A DNA stretch of 63,574 nucleotides, filler included, from Candidatus Woesearchaeota archaeon (GCA_030753365.1; 5 parts of 5 records of this genome joined end to end with filler, not necessarily neighbours in it), one strand, 5' to 3'; numbered from the whole stretch's first letter, positions 1 through 10,168 are shown. Translations and numbers: made by a program. Notes: generated by a model not told the origin, from the letters alone.

Positions 1-44
1 AATAATAAAAACACTTAAATAGCCCTCTCGCTTTTTTCCTGGTA

Positions 45-389
45 ATGAGCAAGAAAAAAGAAGAACAAGCAAAACAGGACGCAATCCAGCAGCAGCTCAC
101 AAGAATCAAGCTGCCCAGAGGCAGAGAAGTCTTTGGAATACTTGAAAGAAGGCTTGGCGGCAGCAGGAACGATGTCAAATGCCTTGATGGAAAAAGCAGA
201 ATCTGCAGAATCCCTGGCAGGCTAAAAAGAAGGTTATGGGTAAGGCAGGGTGACATAGTCATAGTTGAGCCTTGGGAATATGGCGGTGACAAGAAAGGTG
301 ATGTGGTCTACAAATACTCAAAAGCTCAAATTAGTTTCTTAAGAAGAAAAGGCTACTTAAAACAGATTGAAGAATTTGATGAATTCTAA
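45..389 (+). CDS. eif1a: Translation initiation factor aIF-1A
   Basis: RLGGSR..VKCLDGKSRICRIPGRLKRRLWVRQGDIVIVEPW signature of the eIF1A OB fold. Confidence 0.95.
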   Translation: MSKKKEEQAKQDAIQQQLTRIKLPRGREVFGILERRLGGSRNDVKCLDGKSRICRIPGRLKRRLWVRQGDIVIVEPWEYGGDKKGDVVYKYSKAQISFLRRKGYLKQIEEFDEF

Positions 390-470
390 TAATGTCTCTA
401 ACTGGGGACGATTTCTTTTGTTTACTAAAGGATAGAAATCTTTAAGTATAAGCTTAGTTTGCACTTTTCT

Positions 471-1013
471 ATGGCAGGAGGAAAATTCATAACACTTGTT
501 ATCTCATTATTATTTGCTTTCTTAGCTTTAATATCATTTGGATTTAGACTGCCAGTTTATCTCAGGCAACAAATTCTTTTAATCTTTTTTCTGGCTTTTA
601 TCTCAATCATAATGTCAGTAGGTGTTTATCATAATAAAAACTGGGCATGGACACTCTCAGGTATAGTTCTTCTTATAATACTTATAAATCTCTTTTATGC
701 ATACCTTAAAGTACCAAGAGGATTCATTTTATTCGGAACAGCCACCTTTTTCAGTTCAATCAGTCTATTCATGTCAATGGTATCCCTGAAAAAGAAAAGG
801 TTCAGGAAAGAGTTTGATGACTACACAGAAGAGTCTGAATCAGTATCAACAGAATTCACTCCAGGCAAATACATTGCCAGCGAAACAGGCAAAAGATTTC
901 ACACACCCAAATGCCAATGGGCAGAAAAAATTAATAAAGACAAGGCAATCTGGTTTGACTCAGAAGAAGAAGCAGTCTCAAAAGGTTATGAAAGAGATAA
1001 GTGTATAGGTTAA
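471..1013 (+). CDS. Membrane protein (about 4 TM) with C-terminal Ada-like metal-binding domain
   Basis: Hydrophobic N-half; C-terminal YIASETGKRFHTPKCQWA...FDSEEEAVSKGYERDKC; ATG at 471 preferred to TTG at 459. Confidence 0.65.
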   Translation: MAGGKFITLVISLLFAFLALISFGFRLPVYLRQQILLIFFLAFISIIMSVGVYHNKNWAWTLSGIVLLIILINLFYAYLKVPRGFILFGTATFFSSISLFMSMVSLKKKRFRKEFDDYTEESESVSTEFTPGKYIASETGKRFHTPKCQWAEKINKDKAIWFDSEEEAVSKGYERDKCIG

Positions 1014-1114
1014 TTATTTAGTTTGGGTTTTATACCCCGATGCTTGCATCGGCTTAATACGCAAACTAAATACTAAAAATACCCCGCAGCTTGCTGCGAT
1101 TGGGATTTTTTATT
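1012..1114. repeat. 103-bp palindromic dispersed repeat, copy 1 (REP/PATE-like)
   Basis: Exact reverse complement of 42919-43021; contains hairpins CCGATGC-TT-GCATCGG and CGCAGC-TT-GCTGCG, each within an ATACCCCG-initiated motif. Confidence 0.95.
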
Positions 1115-1179
1115 CTTCTGGAAAGTAAATTTTTTAAAGTTAGTTTGTACATTTTTATTAAAACAGGAGGTGAGTAAAA

Positions 1180-1869
1180 GTGGGTGTTTTTAATAAAGAG
1201 GAATTTAATAGTTTTGTTCTAGATAATAGTATTGTTGGTTTCTTTGAAAAACCTATAACATTAAAATCTGGCAGGATGTCAAACTGGTATGTAAACTGGC
1301 GAGACATTGCAGAAGATGTATTCTTAATGGACCAATTAACAAATTATGTTATTGCTTTTACAAAAGGCTTAGGATTAGAACCAGACTGTTTCTATGGTGT
1401 ACCAGAAGGTGCAACCAAACTAGGAACTCTTACACAAGATAAATGGGCAAAGCAATCTCCATACTACTCTCAAGGAAGCCACGTTCTTCCCATGGGCAGA
1501 GGAAAACATAAAGACCATGGAGCAGCAAAAGACAAATATTTTGTTGGTGTGCCAAAGGGAAATGTCATTGTTTTAGAGGATGTAACAACAACTGGTGATT
1601 CTTTGTTATCAACAATTGATTATCTCATAGAAGCAAAAGTTTCTATAATTGCAGCGTTTGGTCTAACAAATAGGATGGAATTAAGAGATGATAAACAAAG
1701 TGTTCAGCAAGCTGTGGAAGCTAAGGGCATTCCATATCATGCATTAAGCAATGCGCTTCAGCTATTACCCTTAGCATATAAAACACATCAACCAGGAGAA
1801 GAGATTGCCAAAGCCATAGAACAAGAGTTTCAACAAGTAGGAGTTGAAAAACTAATTTTACTGCAATGA
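1180..1869 (+). CDS. pyrE: Orotate phosphoribosyltransferase
   Basis: ITLKSGRMSNWYVN, KHKDHG loop, PRPP motif VLEDVTTTGDS; GGAGGTGA RBS; next to pyrD and pyrF. Confidence 0.85.
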   Translation: MGVFNKEEFNSFVLDNSIVGFFEKPITLKSGRMSNWYVNWRDIAEDVFLMDQLTNYVIAFTKGLGLEPDCFYGVPEGATKLGTLTQDKWAKQSPYYSQGSHVLPMGRGKHKDHGAAKDKYFVGVPKGNVIVLEDVTTTGDSLLSTIDYLIEAKVSIIAAFGLTNRMELRDDKQSVQQAVEAKGIPYHALSNALQLLPLAYKTHQPGEEIAKAIEQEFQQVGVEKLILLQ

Positions 1870-3491
1870 AACTAGGGACCAAAGAAATCAGCGGAAGATT
1901 CACAATCCCTTCTGGAATAGTTACAACAAATGTTTCAGTGTTAAAAAAGATAGCAGATGAAATTCCTGAGATTGGAATTTTAACAACAAAAAGTATTGGG
2001 CCGAAACCAAGAGAAGGCAACAGGGAACCCATCTTTGCTCAATATGCTCCAGACTCTTTCACAAACGCTGTTGGATTAACAAACCCTGGCGCAGAAGAAT
2101 TTGCAAAACAACTCCAAAACTTAAAAATACATAAAGACAAATTTTTGCTAACCTCAATCTTTGGAGCAAACTTAGAAGAGTTTGTCTATGTAGCCGAAAC
2201 TCTTGCACCTTTCTCAGATGGTTTGGAACTAAACTTCTCATGCCCTCATGCACAAGGCTATGGCCAGGTAATCGGGCAGGATAAAGAGCTAGTCTCAAAA
2301 ATCATAAGCGCAATAACAAACAAAACAGACATTCCCATCTTTGCCAAACTAAGTCCAAACATTCCAAATTTAGGTGAAATTTCCAAAGCATGCGCTAACT
2401 CAGGCGCTTATGGCATTACAGCCATAAACACTGCAGGCCCTGGATATCATATGGTTAACGGACACCCAGTCTTAACAAATGAACTAGGCGGCTTATCCGG
2501 AAAAGCAATCCTTCCAATTGGCTTAAAATGTGTAAAAGAAATCTCTGAAGCAGTCAACAGTTTAGAAAAAAAGATAAAAATCATTGCCTGCGGAGGAATA
2601 AGCACAGCGCAGGATATAAGAAACTATGAAGCTGTTGGAGCAAACTTCTTTGGAGTAGGTTCAGCACTCAAAGGTCTGGACTTACAAGAGCTCAAACTTT
2701 ATTTCTCTGAGTTAGGTAAGGATTTACAGCAGAATACAGATAATGCAGTCAGACATTTAAAATCTGACAACAGTATGGGATTTGTTAAATATAAGATTAA
2801 GAAGAAAACAGACCTTGCAGACGATTTAACCATACTGGAATTCAATGATTCAATCAAAGCATATGCCGGGCAGTTTATCTTCTTATGGCTTCCTTCCATT
2901 GGAGAAAAACCTTTCTCTGTTTTAAACAGCCAACCTTTTACAGTTCTTATCCAAGATAAGGGCTGTTTCACCAAAGCCTTGCTTGGCATGAAAGAAGGTG
3001 AAGCTGTTTATGCCAGGGGACCTCATGGAAAAAGAACAAAACCCTTACAACCTGAAAACGATTTAGTATTGATTGGCGGTGGTACTGGCATAGCTTCTTT
3101 GTACCTAATAGCAAAAGAAAATAAAGATCTGAAGGTATATATCTTTTTAGGAGCCAGGGATAAAACTCATCTTGCTTACATAGACCAATTTGAACAGTTA
3201 GGAAATGTTTTTATTTCTACTGAGGATGGCTCACTCGGTTTTAAAGGAAACATTGTTGAGCTGCTTAAAGAACATTTAGAAAAAGGAGAAATCAAAAATC
3301 CTGTCTTCTACAACTGCGGGCCAAAAGGCATGATAAAAGCACTAACAGCTCTGGAAGAACAATATTCTAACAAAGAGCAAATATATTCTTCAATAGATTA
3401 CCTCACAAAATGTGGCATAGGCATCTGTGGCAGTTGTGCAACAGAAGATGGAAGAAGGTCCTGCGTTGATGGGACTTTTTTAATAAAATAA
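1866..3491 (+). CDS. pyrD: Dihydroorotate dehydrogenase (family 1B) fused to a PyrK-like electron-transfer domain
   Basis: TTKS, NAVGLTNPG, ELNFSCPH, KLSPN, AINT, GGLSG; C-half has KPFS, GGGTG, CGP and the 2Fe-2S motif CGIGICGSC...C..G. Confidence 0.9.
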   Translation: MKLGTKEISGRFTIPSGIVTTNVSVLKKIADEIPEIGILTTKSIGPKPREGNREPIFAQYAPDSFTNAVGLTNPGAEEFAKQLQNLKIHKDKFLLTSIFGANLEEFVYVAETLAPFSDGLELNFSCPHAQGYGQVIGQDKELVSKIISAITNKTDIPIFAKLSPNIPNLGEISKACANSGAYGITAINTAGPGYHMVNGHPVLTNELGGLSGKAILPIGLKCVKEISEAVNSLEKKIKIIACGGISTAQDIRNYEAVGANFFGVGSALKGLDLQELKLYFSELGKDLQQNTDNAVRHLKSDNSMGFVKYKIKKKTDLADDLTILEFNDSIKAYAGQFIFLWLPSIGEKPFSVLNSQPFTVLIQDKGCFTKALLGMKEGEAVYARGPHGKRTKPLQPENDLVLIGGGTGIASLYLIAKENKDLKVYIFLGARDKTHLAYIDQFEQLGNVFISTEDGSLGFKGNIVELLKEHLEKGEIKNPVFYNCGPKGMIKALTALEEQYSNKEQIYSSIDYLTKCGIGICGSCATEDGRRSCVDGTFLIK

Positions 3492-3509
3492 AATTTTGGA
3501 GGATGAAAA

Positions 3510-4409
3510 ATGAAATTTTTAGAAAAATGGTTAGAAGCAGTAAATAAAAAAAATTCAGTTTTATGCGCAGGATTAGACCCTGCAGAATTCGAAATGGAAA
3601 GAGGAGAAAAAGGATTGCCAGAAGGTATTGATAAAAAAGAATGGTCTTTAAGATATATTGAGGCTGTTGCACCTTATTGTGCAGCCATAAAACCTAATAT
3701 TCAATATTGGAAAGGAGGAGGAGATTTAAAAGATTTACAAGAGATCTGTGAATTCGCTCGATCTAAGGGTTTAGTTATTATTGATGATAGTAAGCTGGCA
3801 GATATCGGTTCAACAAACGAGGCTGGCGTGTTTTATGCTTCTCAAAGAGTAGGTGCAGTGACTTTAGCTTTGTTTGCAGGAAACATGAATGAAGCGCCTG
3901 AACAATTAGAAAAATGGCGTGTAGGCGGAATTCATATGTGTTTGATGAGCAATCCAGAATATGAAAGAGAAAAAAACAAACCAGTAAAAGTGGATCCAGA
4001 TGATGGTTATGATAAAGATGATATCATTGAAATTCCAGGTCTTGGAGGACCTCATGTAAGACAATATATCCAATTAGCTCATGATGCAAAGAAATTTGGT
4101 TTAGATGGTATTGTTATCGGAGCTCCAAGTAAATCTGATCCAGAAAAAGGAATAAAAGGAAATCATATACAGGAATCAGAGATTGCAAAAGCAAGACAGT
4201 ATGTTGGAGACAATATGCTTGTTTTACTTCCAGGAGTAGGCGCACAAGGTGGAGAAGCAGGTGCAATTTGGAAATATTTTGATAAAGATAAAGTTATTGT
4301 CAATGTTGGAAGATCATTAATGCTTCCAAATGGTTCAAACTCAACACCAGAACAACAAGCTGAAACTGCAAAACAATATCAAGAAATGTTGAATGGTTTA
4401 AGAGAATGA
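3510..4409 (+). CDS. pyrF: Orotidine-5'-phosphate decarboxylase
   Basis: LCAGLDP, IKPN, DSKLADIGSTN (DxKxxDIxxT), LLPGVGAQGG, VNVGRS. Confidence 0.92.
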   Translation: MKFLEKWLEAVNKKNSVLCAGLDPAEFEMERGEKGLPEGIDKKEWSLRYIEAVAPYCAAIKPNIQYWKGGGDLKDLQEICEFARSKGLVIIDDSKLADIGSTNEAGVFYASQRVGAVTLALFAGNMNEAPEQLEKWRVGGIHMCLMSNPEYEREKNKPVKVDPDDGYDKDDIIEIPGLGGPHVRQYIQLAHDAKKFGLDGIVIGAPSKSDPEKGIKGNHIQESEIAKARQYVGDNMLVLLPGVGAQGGEAGAIWKYFDKDKVIVNVGRSLMLPNGSNSTPEQQAETAKQYQEMLNGLRE

Positions 4410-4416
4410 TATTATC

Positions 4417-4968
4417 ATGAAAATAGGTGTATATGGTTCAGCAGCAGGAGATATTACTGAAACTGTCAGAGAGTTAGCCAGAAAAGTGGGCAGACAGATT
4501 GCTTTAAGAGGTCATACTCTTATTACTGGCGCCTGCCCAGGGATTCCATATGAGGCAGTTCTTGGAGCAAATGAAAAAGGCGGAGAAGTTATTGGATTTT
4601 CCCCAGCTATCAATGAGCAAGACCATATTGAAAGATTTGGATTTTCAACACAAGGATTCACAGAACTAATATATCTTCCAGAAGATTACAAGCATAGAGA
4701 GCTTAAGAAAGTATGTCTAAAGTACAGGAATGTTTCTTCAGTAGCAAATAGTGATTCTGCTCTAATAATCAGCGGAAGATGCGGAACACTTAATGAATTT
4801 ACTATAGCCTATGATTTAGGAAAAAATATTGGGGTTCTCACTGGAACAGGAGGCATGACTAAGTTTCTAGAAACATTAGTTGAAGATTGGAATAAACCAA
4901 GTGAATCAAAGATTATTTATGAAACCGAGCCTGGAAAATTGATAGAGGATTTAGAGAAAGTAACTTAA
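4417..4968 (+). CDS. LOG/SLOG-family nucleotide-binding protein
   Basis: [27 protein letters not shown] motifs. Confidence 0.8.
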   Translation: MKIGVYGSAAGDITETVRELARKVGRQIALRGHTLITGACPGIPYEAVLGANEKGGEVIGFSPAINEQDHIERFGFSTQGFTELIYLPEDYKHRELKKVCLKYRNVSSVANSDSALIISGRCGTLNEFTIAYDLGKNIGVLTGTGGMTKFLETLVEDWNKPSESKIIYETEPGKLIEDLEKVT

Positions 4969-5390
4969 TTTTTCTTAAGAGAAAGCAAAACCAACCCAAT
5001 AACTCCAATCATAATAGCAGAATCTGCAACATTAAACACAGGCCAAACCCTAAAATCAATGAAATCAATCACATAACCTACTCTAATTCTATCAACAAGA
5101 TTCCCAACAGCCCCTCCAATCACAAGCGCTGTCATAACCAGCCCAGCTTTCGATTCTGTCAAATCCTCAAGATAAAAAAGAATAAACCCTATCACAATAA
5201 GCGAAACCCAAATCAAAATAACATTCTGTCCATGCATCATTCCAAACACAGCGCCAGTATTCTTCACAAGCGTCAAATGCAAAACATTCTTAATAACAGG
5301 AACAGAATCTATTCCAACCACCAACAACTTAGTCAATTGGTCAACTAACACAATAATCCCAGCAATCAAAAACACAACATATTTCTTCAT
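4965..5390 (-). CDS. lspA: Lipoprotein signal peptidase (signal peptidase II)
   Basis: [36 protein letters not shown]; 4 TM. Confidence 0.92.
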   Translation of the reverse strand: MKKYVVFLIAGIIVLVDQLTKLLVVGIDSVPVIKNVLHLTLVKNTGAVFGMMHGQNVILIWVSLIVIGFILFYLEDLTESKAGLVMTALVIGGAVGNLVDRIRVGYVIDFIDFRVWPVFNVADSAIMIGVIGLVLLSLKKN

Positions 5391-5443
5391 AAACTCTTAC
5401 TAAAAGGGCAATATTTATTTAGTTTTGCTTTTTAACCTACCAT

Positions 5444-6028
5444 ATGCTATTCACTCTCAAAGAACTATTTGACATAATCATGATGAGTCTCATAGTAGGC
5501 TACATCTTCAAAGACTTATTCAAAACACCTACAGAAAACTATGATCCCTTAAAACAATACCAATCAAACAGCATAATCACTGAAAACCTCAAATTTGCAA
5601 TCATGGTAACAGCCCCTGCAATCATTCTCCATGAACTAGCCCATAAATTCGCAGCATTATATTATGGCCTGGAAGCAACCTTCCATGCAGCATACATGTG
5701 GTTAGGCCTAGGCTTAATCCTAAAGTTCATGAACTTTGGCTTCATCTTCTTTGTGCCAGGCTATGTCTCCATAAGCTGTAAAACCATCGCCTGCCAGATA
5801 ACACCATTGCAAAGTGCACTAATAGCAGGCGCAGGCCCTTTCATGAACCTCTTGCTCTGGCAAATCTCTTCCTTCATCATAAAACACAAAAAAGTAAACC
5901 AGAAATATCTCCCTTTACTTCTAATCACTTCAAAGATTAACATGTTCCTCTTCATCTTCAACATGCTCCCCTTCTTCATGTTTGACGGCTATAAAGTTTT
6001 CAATGGCCTGATAAGAACATTCATATAA
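5444..6028 (+). CDS. M50-family (site-2-like) intramembrane metalloprotease
   Basis: HELAH, AGP..N, FNMLP...FDG. Confidence 0.85.
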   Translation: MLFTLKELFDIIMMSLIVGYIFKDLFKTPTENYDPLKQYQSNSIITENLKFAIMVTAPAIILHELAHKFAALYYGLEATFHAAYMWLGLGLILKFMNFGFIFFVPGYVSISCKTIACQITPLQSALIAGAGPFMNLLLWQISSFIIKHKKVNQKYLPLLLITSKINMFLFIFNMLPFFMFDGYKVFNGLIRTFI

Positions 6029-6072
6029 TCATAAACCTTAAATATATTCACTATTAAGAATATAAAAAAGAG

Positions 6073-7317
6073 ATGAATTTTTTCAAAAAGCTATCTGGAA
6101 AGAGAACTGGCAGGCTTGAACAAAAGTGGACATTTGATGCAAAAAGTCAAATACTCTCCACACCAACAGTCTCCAAAATAGGCAACAATGAAACTTCTAT
6201 AGTATTTGGAACAAAAGATGGTAATATACATTCTTTAAAAGAAGATTCAACCCTAAACTGGACATATTCCATAAGTGAAAAAAAATCAAAAGTTGAAATG
6301 CTCTTCCTGGAAAAAGAGTTCTATAAAGGCATATACTCCTCACCTGCAATAGCAGACATCAACAATGACCAAAAGCCTGAAACAATCATCGGCTCAGACA
6401 TAGGCAAAATATACGCCTTAAACCACAAAGGAAAACTCTTATGGAACTTTGCAACGAATGATATAGTAAGGTCTTCACCTCTTATAGCGGACATCAACAA
6501 TGACAACCAATTAGAAATAATCTTCGGCTCCAATGATACTTACCTATACTGCCTTGACAACAAAGGCAGGATCCTCTGGAATTTTAAGGCAGACTCAGGC
6601 ATAGAATCTTCTCCTAATATACTTCAAGATAGAATCATTTTTGGTTCTAACAAAGGCATGATTTACTGTTTAAATAATACAGGAAAATTATTATGGAAGT
6701 TCAAAACAAAAGGAAAAATAGCCTGCCGGCCTGTAATAGGGGACATTTATGGTTCTGGCAGACCTTCAATTGTAATCGGTTCCTGCGACAATAACCTATA
6801 TGTACTGAACCCAGAAGGAAAGCTTGAATGGAAATATCCCACAGAAGGAAGAATTTATGGAGACGCATGTTTAGTAGATGTTAACAATGATAAAAGATTA
6901 GAAATCATCTTCGGCTCCTGTGATAACAATATATATGTGCTTTCCTCTAACGGCACAAAAATCTGGAGCTATGCATCCAACTTTTTCATAGTTGACAAGC
7001 CAATAGTGGTTGATATGGATAATAACGGGAAGTTAGAAATTGGAATAGGCTCCTATGACCACTTCTTATATATTTTTGAAGGAGAAGGAGCATTCAAACT
7101 GAATTATATGCCTGGCCTTTCAGGTATAGTCCAGCAGACAGGCCATTACTCAGACGTAATGAGTTCAGAGCCTGGCAAGTACATTGGCAAAAAATTATGG
7201 CAGTTCAAAGCAGAAGATATAATAATAGGGACATCTTATTTTATAAATCATGAAGGTATCAATATAATAGTAGCTACCAAAAATGGTAAAATAAGCAATA
7301 TTGTGCTAAAAAGGTGA
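6073..7317 (+). CDS. PQQ-like/FG-GAP beta-propeller repeat protein
   Basis: Repeated SSP.IADINNDxxxEIIFGS.D..LY.L...GK.LW units. Confidence 0.85.
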   Translation: MNFFKKLSGKRTGRLEQKWTFDAKSQILSTPTVSKIGNNETSIVFGTKDGNIHSLKEDSTLNWTYSISEKKSKVEMLFLEKEFYKGIYSSPAIADINNDQKPETIIGSDIGKIYALNHKGKLLWNFATNDIVRSSPLIADINNDNQLEIIFGSNDTYLYCLDNKGRILWNFKADSGIESSPNILQDRIIFGSNKGMIYCLNNTGKLLWKFKTKGKIACRPVIGDIYGSGRPSIVIGSCDNNLYVLNPEGKLEWKYPTEGRIYGDACLVDVNNDKRLEIIFGSCDNNIYVLSSNGTKIWSYASNFFIVDKPIVVDMDNNGKLEIGIGSYDHFLYIFEGEGAFKLNYMPGLSGIVQQTGHYSDVMSSEPGKYIGKKLWQFKAEDIIIGTSYFINHEGINIIVATKNGKISNIVLKR

Positions 7318-7323
7318 TGCAAA

Positions 7324-8142
7324 ATGGTTGAAATCCTCAAAGATAAAAAAGAAATGAAAAGAGTAAAAACTTACATAAAAGGCTTAGATGAAAATATTGA
7401 AGGAGGCATACCAGCTGGCCATGTTGTTTTAGTCTCTGGAACAGCAGGTACAATGAAGAGTTCTGTAATATTCAATATACTCTATAATGAAGCATTAGCA
7501 GGAAAAACCAGCTTATATCTTTCCTTAGAGCAAAGCTACCAATCCTTATTAAACCATTTCATTAATATGGGCTATGACTTCTCAAAAATTAATCTCTATA
7601 TGCTCTCTGACATATCCAAAATTGATGAAAGCATAGCTGAGGTTAAAGCATCTAAAAAAGGCACTCTTATAATCTCAGACGTTGGTACATTAAGAAAACA
7701 GATAAAAAACCTAAAAGTAGGTCCTGGCGGAGATTGGCTAAATGTTATCAAAAACATTGTACAAAAGATTAAGAAAGGCTGCAACTGCGAATTATTTACG
7801 CTTGACTCCTTATCAGCCATGTACATATTATCAAACTTTACTGGCACAGAAGTAAGGTCAAGATTGTTCTATGTCTTTGAGTTTTTAAGAGACCTTGGAC
7901 TAACATCTTTCCTCATCTCAGAAATGCCATTAACAAAAACAAAATACAGTGAATATGAAATAGAAGACTTTCTCTCAGATGGCATAATAGTACTGCAGTT
8001 AACAGAAAGGTACAGAAAAGTCACAAGAGAAATAGCAATAGTAAAAATGAGAGCAACCAAGTGCAATACAGACATATTCAGCTTAGAATTCAAAGACGGG
8101 CAATTCCAGGCACTCTACGGAGGAAAAACTCCTTTAGTATAA
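7324..8142 (+). CDS. KaiC/RAD55-like RecA-superfamily ATPase (single domain)
   Basis: TYIKGLDE..EGGIP, Walker A GTAGTMKS, YLSLEQ, LDSLS, IVKMRAT. Confidence 0.88.
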   Translation: MVEILKDKKEMKRVKTYIKGLDENIEGGIPAGHVVLVSGTAGTMKSSVIFNILYNEALAGKTSLYLSLEQSYQSLLNHFINMGYDFSKINLYMLSDISKIDESIAEVKASKKGTLIISDVGTLRKQIKNLKVGPGGDWLNVIKNIVQKIKKGCNCELFTLDSLSAMYILSNFTGTEVRSRLFYVFEFLRDLGLTSFLISEMPLTKTKYSEYEIEDFLSDGIIVLQLTERYRKVTREIAIVKMRATKCNTDIFSLEFKDGQFQALYGGKTPLV

Positions 8143-8214
8143 AGAGTTCTTTATTTTTCTTTTTATACAGGCGTTCCAAAACCTTTAAATACCTAATTAA
8201 GTAAATCCAAGTAT

Positions 8215-9582
8215 ATGCCTCAGCTCAAAGAAGAAGTAGAAAAGAGATTAGCAAACAAAGAAAATATTGAAGCAATCAGGCAAAGCCTGATAAACCATGG
8301 CTTCCTTGAATCAGACGTTGACGAAGCCGTAAGCTCAGTCTCAGACATTGTTTCCCAAAAAAATGACAAGAAAAATTCAGCTATTGTATCCAAAAGCTTC
8401 TTCAAAGAGTTATTTGACAGGTTTGGCTTTGGTTTTGGCTCCCAGCAATACATAAACATCCTATTCTTCCTCTCAGGAGCCTCTCTCTTCTTAATAGGAA
8501 TCATCAATGGCTTAAGAGTACTATTGATTGCACTATTCACCCCTATTATAGAAGAATGGACAAAGGTAAAAAGAATCAGCAACTGGTTCATCGCTTTAAC
8601 CGGATTTTTATTTGCCTTAAGCTTTGTTCTTGTAATACTAGCAAGACGTTTTAATCTTACCTACTTGTTCATAATTTCATTCATACTAAGCGCAGTCACA
8701 CTTGTTACATTCGGCAACTCATACTCCAAACTAATAAAGCAAAACCTAAAGCCCGAGAACATGGGCATTCTCAACAAAATCTCAAAAATAGGCATACTAA
8801 TCACAGCAATAAGCTTATTTGCAAGTGCTTATATCATGGACAACATAAAAAATGGTTACTTAATCTCTTTTGGAATAACAGCCGGCTGTTTCATTGCGTC
8901 AGCATTTATAATGTTCCTATTCAGATGTTCTATTAAACCGCAGGAAACATCAACCATTGGCTTCTTCAAAGACCTAAAAACTCATGCAGCCTTATTCTTA
9001 AAAAACAAAATCATCCTCATCCTTCTCATAGCTTCAACAATAACTGCCTTTGTCCAAACAATCGGCAGCATCTATTATGGAATCTTTATCTACAATTTTC
9101 TAAACAACACAGGCTTTGGCGGCTTCCTTAATGTTGCCGTTGTATTCATAGTAGCAACCTTATCTTCTTTACTAGCGCCATATCTCACAAGAATCAATTC
9201 CAAAGCATATGGAAAATTCCCTATGCTTGTATTCGGCACTCTACTAATAGCCATCATGCCTTTAACCTATTTCTACAACCCAAACTTAGTAGCCATATCC
9301 ATGGCAACAATGATAGGCATAATTGGAGCAGCAATAGTAGGAGTTGCAAACGGGCTGCTAATCTTGGACATACTCCATGAAAGAGACAGAAAATATTATT
9401 TTAGGGTCTCAAACTTGTTAATCACTATACCCTACATAATAACCATACCAATCGGCTCTTTCATTGCTCAGGCTTTTGGCCTAAAAACTTTATTCTTAGT
9501 GCTAGGTCTTACATTAGTCTGCGCAGTAATGCCCCTTTATCTAATAATAATAATACTTTATCATAGAAAATTTAAAGTTTAA
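8215..9582 (+). CDS. MFS-like transporter with soluble N-terminal extension
   Basis: About 12 hydrophobic segments in two halves. Confidence 0.7.
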   Translation: MPQLKEEVEKRLANKENIEAIRQSLINHGFLESDVDEAVSSVSDIVSQKNDKKNSAIVSKSFFKELFDRFGFGFGSQQYINILFFLSGASLFLIGIINGLRVLLIALFTPIIEEWTKVKRISNWFIALTGFLFALSFVLVILARRFNLTYLFIISFILSAVTLVTFGNSYSKLIKQNLKPENMGILNKISKIGILITAISLFASAYIMDNIKNGYLISFGITAGCFIASAFIMFLFRCSIKPQETSTIGFFKDLKTHAALFLKNKIILILLIASTITAFVQTIGSIYYGIFIYNFLNNTGFGGFLNVAVVFIVATLSSLLAPYLTRINSKAYGKFPMLVFGTLLIAIMPLTYFYNPNLVAISMATMIGIIGAAIVGVANGLLILDILHERDRKYYFRVSNLLITIPYIITIPIGSFIAQAFGLKTLFLVLGLTLVCAVMPLYLIIIILYHRKFKV

Positions 9583-9588
9583 AATAAT

Positions 9589-10071
9589 CTAACATCCCTT
9601 AATCCTTTCCTTAAGAATAGAATTATCAAAGCACAATTGTTCTGCTCCACTGCTCCCTAAAATAGGTATAAACTCTATCTGCTTAATATCTCCATAAGTT
9701 CCAAAATCATAAGAAATCTCTTCACTTTTAGGATATCCTGGTTCAATCTCCTCTAATTCTGTAACATATACATCATTCCCTGTAACAAGCGCCCTAATCT
9801 TATCTATATTTGCATTCGCCTTATTAACAAGGGTAACCTTTATCCCGCCATTTTCATAACATATTTGGTCTATATTACTAACCTTATGCACTTCAAGATT
9901 TATGTTTTCACAAACATTCCCTTGAGATACAGTAGTTGTAACTCCTCCTGTTTCTCCATAATAAGAACTTCCATAACTCATCACCACTGCCCCTAATCCT
10001 ACAGCAAACCCTATAAGAAGCACTGTTGCAACTAATGGTGAAACTCCTCTTTTTGATGAAAACATATTCAT
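9589..10071 (-). CDS. Type IV pilin/archaellin-like protein
   Basis: Class III signal peptide KRG|VSPLVATVLLI. Confidence 0.85.
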   Translation of the reverse strand: MNMFSSKRGVSPLVATVLLIGFAVGLGAVVMSYGSSYYGETGGVTTTVSQGNVCENINLEVHKVSNIDQICYENGGIKVTLVNKANANIDKIRALVTGNDVYVTELEEIEPGYPKSEEISYDFGTYGDIKQIEFIPILGSSGAEQLCFDNSILKERIKGC

Positions 10072-10168
10072 TTCTTTTTCCTTCTTACTTTACTTTTACT
10101 TCTCGCAGTTATATCAGCTCTTAATAATTTAACTTCTTCTAATTGTTCCTTAACAATCTTCTTAAGCA

